DNA of 53,366 nucleotides, the filler included, from Sphacelaria rigidula (Eukaryota), in NCBI GenBank assembly GCA_964200075.2. It is 3 parts of 3 records of this genome, joined end to end, with 100 filler letters (N's around TTAATTAATTAA, not from the genome) between each part and the next. Parts side by side here need not be neighbours in the genome. Positions count along the whole stretch, not along the records: positions 35,646 to 53,366 come from CAXNAA020001011.1; 2 more parts are not named here. One strand, 5' to 3'. Positions within the stretch are counted from its first letter, which is position 1; each line of letters begins with the position of its first letter. Position numbers and translations under genes: made by a program. This document shows positions 47,501-53,366 of the stretch, piece by piece. Under the pieces are notes generated by a model, which saw only the letters and a list, made by a program, of their open reading frames with translations, did not search any database and was not told where the DNA came from.

Positions 47501-50500
47501 CCCATCTGGGAGGAATCGACTCCACATTCTTCTCGCCATAATGGTGTCAATTGTACCATTTTCATATAGAGGACCGGAACGCTGCGCCCCAAGTGCAAGT
47601 GTGTACCAAAAAAAAAGTCGACGAGTTGTCCTGAGTGCTGGTGCCATTATGTAGCCCTTGGGCATATAGCAGACTTCAGTCATGAGTGTAGGAGAATGGT
47701 ACCGATGATGACGGACGAAAAGTTTTCATCAGGTCCGTTTTGCATTCTGTATCTAATGGGAATAAAAACTGGGCATCCGCCCTGAACCGGCCTGTATCTA
47801 CGGGTGATTGTACATCACCAAAGTGGAAAATACGGCTAGACTGCCACCTCAGTCCATCTCAGTTTACCATTCTGACCAATCACAGCTCTCAAGAAATGGC
47901 GGTACCCTCGGGCCTCGTTCCTAGCTTGAAGTTTTCGTGGGAAACTTGCAAAATGGGCACGGTTGACTTCGTGACCTTTGTCATGTTCTGTGCCCCCCCC
48001 CCCCCCCGCCCCTCGCCAGATTATGAGTACACCCCCAGCCCCCCAGCCCCTCAGAGCTTGTGCGGGGTGAGAAAACCTCACCTCCGCGCAGAGAGGATGA
48101 TCGTCCTACGTAGTGTTAACATGGTGACACATCAATGAGGCAGTGTGGAACCCGTGACTGTCTCTGGAAGTGACGATACCAGAAATTGCATCAAATCGTT
48201 CAAGGCTGTCACCCACATGCAAGATAACCAGTACACTTCAGACCGAACAATCTCAGCAGGGTGTAGCACACCCTTCATGCAACTCGCCGAACATATCACG
48301 GCGCTTCGCGCTTGGTGACTGATGGCGAGCCTGGTCCGGCGAAAACCCGGCGTGCTCCGTCTCGGCTTTGTGGGGACGGACCCTCGATGGGGATGGCGTC
48401 GGTTGGCAACAACGCTGTAAAACACGCCACTCATTGCGTAAGCTAGGCAACCGGATCACCGTCTTCTGCAAGCGTGCGTTTTTTTTGTGATAACCATGAT
48501 GGTGCTCGAGCCACATAATATTTTGCGGAGTGGGAGAACCTCAACTCCGCACAATGGGGATGATTGTACCATGTGGTGGTTACATGGTGAGAGACCCATG
48601 AGGCAGTGTGAAACCCGGGACTGTCTCTGAAAGTGGCGATACCAGAAAACGACGCAACTCATCCAAGGCTTGTCACCCAAATGCAAGATAATCAGTGCGC
48701 TTCGGGGCAAACAATCTGGGCAGGATGCGGCTCGCCCTTCGTGGGACTCGCCGAACAAATCACGGCGACTCGCGCTTGGACATTGATTGCGAGCCTGTTC
48801 CGGTGAAAACCCGGCATGCTCCGTCCCGGCTTTGTAGGGATGCGAGGACAATGATCGTATGACTACGGCATGCAAGATCACGAGTACACCCCCCTCTCGC
48901 TGGAAACCCCTGGATGTCCCTGAACTATCAGGCGGTAAAATTTTACGAGGCGACGCTCGCAGTGAAGGGGTTAACGTGGCCTCTGGCTTGTGGGGCAATC
49001 TACTTGTGCCCGTCGTGGTCTTTGCACCTCCATATTCATGTGTCTTCGCCACGATGAAAAAGAAGTACCCGATCCATGACGTTGGCTCATGAAAACATGT
49101 GAAAACTGAAAACTGTCTTCCTGCCAACCTCTACTTTTTGAGTGCATTCATTTATGTGGTCAATCCAAATTGTTTGCGATCGTCGTGTTCCGTAACTAAC
49201 ATCTCCAGCTGCACGACGATGCCGCTGAATTTCACTCATTAGAGCACTCCACCTATCCAACAGTTGCGCTATAAACCAAACAACAGTTAAAAATGTGCCA
49301 AAAAAATCGCCGCTCACTCACTTGCTTTCAGTATGCCACCACATTCGCCAATTTTCTTGTACCCTGATGGAAAATTATCAGGGGGGGCGTCTGTGTTGGG
49401 TTGGATTTTTTAATGTCGCCTCACATGAACTGCAACACAGATGATGAGGCCATAATCGCCAAAACGAGGGACGGGCAAGTCAGTAGCTTTCCCTATTTAT
49501 ATGGCATGAGATTTCCCGTGCTGTTCCGCCTTGAAAGAAACAAAGCGGCCTTCCCGCGGCCATCGGGGAACGTACTTGCTTGCTCGTCACATCGGTAGGT
49601 CAAGACCATTGCCTGTCATCAAAACAGTCTATAGTCCTGGAGACGCCATCGATGTACGTTGCCACTGAACTCTATCTGGCCAAGCGGGACATTTCATCAA
49701 ATCCACACGTGTAACCTGCACTGGTGTTGGTGATCCCTCACAAAAAAATCTGGTTGCTGTCGCTGGGGTACCACGAAGATGAACATGCATCTGTGTTGAG
49801 TTTGTTGTAATGGTGACCCGGGCTGGCTGCTGCAGATCTCGAGTGCAGACACGAATATTATACTCGGGCAGCTGCTCTTGAAGGGCCGCGACTTGTATTT
49901 TGGGAGTTTGATCTGGGTGATCCGAAGGATGATGACTAATGAGCCAACGAAACTTGCTGTTTATAGTAGTCCATTTTGTAGCCTAACAAATACTGTACGT
50001 ACGATGATGATGTCATAGGTAGAGTACCACAGACTGTAGCACCAGGGGACAAATCGTGGCGAGAACCATACTCCTAAAACGCTTCCGCCAAAATGCGCAA
50101 ATCATTCCTCGTGTTGAGTTTGTCGCTAGTCATGATCCAGGAATCGAAGGTGATGTGAGACATAGCTATACATGCCGCGATGATACTGGAAACGTACCAC
50201 GGACCTTTACCACCTAACGTCATGTTCCAAACCTTACGCGTGCCTTCCCCCTCCCTCTCCCCCTCCCCTTCCTCCCTCCCTCCCCCGCCCCCCTCCCCTT
50301 GTCGGCTAACGTCCATTTTTGGCCAACCCCCACAAAAATCGGGATGTTGTCGACTGCGGCGGCGGGCGACGGCGGGCTGGCGTGCCGACGACCTGTGTGT
50401 TTCAGATCTTGCCGCTGATCCTTATGTTCGTCATGTTCGGGCCGGTGGTGCTTACTGGGCTCATCTACGTGTTTGACTTGGTGGCCAATAGCGGATTCGC

Positions 50501-52910
50501 TGTGAAGATAGGGCTATCGGATGATCCTCGTACTCGTCTCACCAAGTTCTACAAGAAGCACAATCCCACCAAGATGCGCGATGTGAGAAGTAGTAGTAGT
50601 GGTGTGTAACAAAGCAGTTGTTTTTCATGGCTGCCCCCCGACTGATCGTGGGTGGCGGTAAGTGGGGCATGCGTATGTGCGTACACCCATTTCTGTGCTG
50701 CTGTGCCTTCGGGGGGAAATGTTCAATGTTGCTGCTGCTGCTGCTGTTGTTGTTGTTGTTGGTGGTGGTGTTGTTTATGGACATGAGCCCACTCTCTCGA
50801 ACCTGAAGTCACGGACGCAGGCTCGCCTTCCCAGTACCGTGGCGTATCATTCTATACATGAGACAGACGCGCTTATTGAGTGGCTTCTTCTAAGACTCCA
50901 AACCGAAGCATAATAAAGAGAGGGAGATTAACCCTTTTGGGACCGACCCCCCACTAACACAGGGCTGACCCTGTGTTAGCGAAATGATCATAAAATAAGT
51001 CAGGGAGTGACCCGCCCAATCACGGCGATGCGAAATTTATCGACCAGACCCGAACGACCAGCGCGGGGACTGTTGGCGAGTGTGATGCAACTGCAAAGAT
51101 CGCGTGGGGGCCCTATCCCTGACCCAGATGAGCCATCCCAGGTTTCCAAGTGCAGGGCGGTCGGAACTTGGTTATATGATATTACTTGCACTCAGTACAG
51201 CGTTCCCGAGTTTTCCGGTGGGTTTTTTGGGCACAATTTCATACTAAAACGTGGTCATTATACTAACACAGGATCGACCGGAAAAACCGGGAAGGGGTGT
51301 ACATGCTACCATGTGGTCATTTTCACGAGGCACAAAATCCAGGTGGGCTGTGGAAAGACAAGAGGACCTACCGTAATGAAGTCTGCGTATCCCTCTGCCG
51401 ATGACTTGCAGTGTGCAGTCAACATGTATGTAGTGAACGGGGATCAACCTGTATATAGGTAGCTGATTTCGGTAGCTGATAATTACCCATAACGTGCAAG
51501 GGAGTATGCAGCGCCAGCTGCTGCTTCAGTTGGAGAGGCGTACTATACTATACTGTACTATTATATACTGTTGTATGCATGCGCGCCGCAACGTTGATAC
51601 CCTTCGAAGAGAATTTGCCACATGCAACAAGGGGGGAAATGGCGGCCCACCCCGACCACAAAGGGCTGTGTGGCAAGGTAGTGGGGACAGAAGTATCATC
51701 CAAAGCCACAAGTGACGGGCGGCTCGCCGGTCGCCGCATCTTGTTGTAAGCTCTTTACCACGACCCATACTACTTGCTACATCAGATGTACACCACCCAA
51801 TGCGCACCCTGCACCTGAAATAGATTGGATTAAACTTTTGTTCTTCGTTATGACCCTGCGGTTACATACGCGGACTTTCAGCAATACGCCACTGTTTCGT
51901 GCAGACGCCAGACCCGGCATTCCTGACCAGCCTCATTGGTCGTTCTGGAGACCCGGTCCCAAAAGGGTTAATGAAACGAAAAGCAAAAGCCACAAGCTGG
52001 TCGAAGGTGTGGTACATCGAGCATTCTGGTCATACAATTTTCATTTGCCCGAAGAGTTTTTTCTTGTGACGCGCCTGGTACTACTACTACTACTACTTGA
52101 CACACACACACACACGGCCGTCGAAAGTTTGGTCCTTGATACGCTAGAACGTCTGTGTGGAATATCTCGATATTTCCCGACTTCCTCCCCCTCATTTGAA
52201 CAATGAAGGTGTAATTGCGGCTAAGGGGCAACAGCTCCTAGTTATTGGTGGGGGTGAAATCCCTCGGGAGTAGTCCCCCCGCCCCTCCCTCGCGGAGCTC
52301 CGTCCTCTGAAGGAAATAAAGTTTGAAAAACTCATCTCTGCGGGGTATTATATATTGCCAATCACATGATGTTGATGTATGCTTAGGTGGCAAGTCAAAA
52401 CGCTGCTTCTCTTGCAGGCGCCTGATAAAAAATGGCCATAGGAGGGCGGGACGGCGAGCTTACTATGCTTTTGTGCAACCAGCTGTATTTGATCTTGTTC
52501 GATATCGAAACAGCAGCCTCGGATCATTTTTCGATGCTGAAGAGGGAGGTGGGAGGGGAGGGGAGGGGAGGGAAGAGATTTTCTACAAAATTCAAGATCG
52601 ACTTTCCTTTTTGTTTTGCCTCATATTTTTTATGGCGGATCGACATGTTTTTTTCTGGTATGACCACGGGTTCGAGAGATCGGACGAATGTGTGAAAATA
52701 GTACTACTAATAATGATCCTCAACAACAGCCACCGCCATTCCGTTTCGCCGACATGAAGACTCCAAGTCGCGGAAGCTGTTGTGTAATGGAACAATACAT
52801 ACATAAGTACGTCTGTCGTGTGTGCATACGTGATGCGTGATACAGGTGGACAAGCTCATGAAGAAGTACGAAGGTCGGTACGCGGAGATGTTCAAGAAGC
52901 TCGAGGACAA
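41585..52910 (+). CDS. Gene E (3' end not resolved): small single-pass membrane protein with a helical FY..HNP.K...V..L..KY domain; exons 41585-41740, 50406-50582, 52846-52910
   Basis: Phase-0 joins give ...SKKEGVK|ILPLILMFVMFGPVVLTGLIYVFDL...RTRLTKFYKKHNPTKMRD|VDKLMKKYEGRYAEMFKKLEDK. Donors gtgcgg, gtgaga, gtatgt; acceptors tttcag, atacag. The exon 1 link across an 8.7-kb intron is the least certain part. Confidence 0.7.
43422..43815. mobile_element. MITE with 17-bp TIRs
   Basis: tagagctcggaaatggt ... accatttccgagctcta. Superfamily unclear: TA TSD, or hAT-like ends without a conserved 8-bp TSD. Confidence 0.75.
44736..45281. mobile_element. Tc1/mariner-pogo-like MITE next to a (TA)n tract
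   Basis: Perfect 24-bp TIRs cagtagtgggcggtctaactattc / gaatagttagaccgcccactactg; left flank (TA)n, right flank tctata. Confidence 0.85.
45653..46665. mobile_element. Non-autonomous hAT-like element, same TIR family as 22937-24527, with a different interior
   Basis: caagggcaggtcgagtagggtatac ... gtatactctactcgacctgcccttg; flanks aaaaattt / gaaaattt (7/8 TSD); subterminal agtagtgccg / cggcactact motifs. Confidence 0.85.
48060..48895. repeat. Two tandem diverged copies (~460-bp period) of a dispersed repeat family
   Basis: atgaggcagtgtg.aaccc at ~48135 and ~48598; gcgagcctg.tccgg.gaaaacccggc.tgctccgtc at ~48326 and ~48789; related pieces at ~38060-38180 (-), ~38755-38915 (-) and ~53200-53300 (+). 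Confidence 0.8.
50727..50773. repeat. Compound trinucleotide microsatellite (GCT)n(GTT)n(GGT)n
   Basis: Directly visible, intronic. Confidence 0.85.
50932..51967. mobile_element. Non-autonomous piggyBac-like element (1036 bp)
   Basis: TTAA|CCCTTTTGGGACCG ... CGGTCCCAAAAGGG|TTAA: perfect 14-bp TIRs and TTAA TSD; no transposase recognisable. Confidence 0.88.
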
Positions 52911-53366
52911 GTATGTGCGAGTCAGCCAATCGCAAAAGGTGAATCGAGATATGGCGGTGTGGCAAGTTGCCGTGTGTTGATTGATTATTGAAATTCGGAG
53001 GGATCCCGCGAACTATATCCAACGGCGAAACCGTCCTGAATTTTGGGATCGCACAGCAGTAGATCAAACACGAGCGATGCCAACGAAAAGGGTCTTATGA
53101 TTGGCAGGAATTCTTGACAAATAATTGATCACTTGGCACATCCTGATTTTTTTCATCTAAACCGTTTCGCCCGTAACCGTAGGAACCCCCCACCCCCCGT
53201 GATTGAGAGCCTGGTCCGGTGAGAACCTGGCGTGCTCCGTCCCGCCTTTGTGGAGATGCGATGTTATTAGTGTATGACTTATGACATGCAAGATCACGGG
53301 CAACCGCCGGCTGGCGTCGCTGTGGTTCGGATTCTCGCTTGCACCGCAGGGCTGGGCGCTTCCACC

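Noticed and set aside
49880-49945. Hammerhead-like ctaatgagccaacgaaac
   Set aside because: The conserved CUGA is mutated and the flanking stems are poor

Overview
Eukaryotic, intron-rich DNA, most likely from a brown alga or related photosynthetic stramenopile. Support: short exons in long, repeat-filled GT-AG introns, and a bipartite plastid leader with an ASAFAP-like 'VCA-FVQP' motif. The window is three contigs joined by artificial 100-nt spacers (44 N + TTAATTAATTAA + 44 N) at 17724-17823 and 35546-35645, so all five visible genes are partial. (A) Minus strand, 15 exons: DUF3638-type P-loop protein. (B) Minus strand, >2,400 aa: ATP-grasp-like region, Cys motifs, a stand-alone dynein-type microtubule-binding domain, an alpha/beta-hydrolase fold with its nucleophile replaced by Gly, six IQ motifs and coiled coil. 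(C) Exon 1 of a CARM1/PRMT4-type arginine methyltransferase, head-to-head with B. (D) A plastid-targeted, probably thylakoid protein. (E) A small membrane-anchored protein, head-to-head with D. Introns hold many non-autonomous elements: hAT-like elements with palindromic 41-bp arrays and extra internal DNA, Stowaway/Tc1-like and piggyBac-like MITEs, LINE 3' ends and long inverted repeats. All gene models were spliced by eye and all domain calls come from motif recognition, not database searches.
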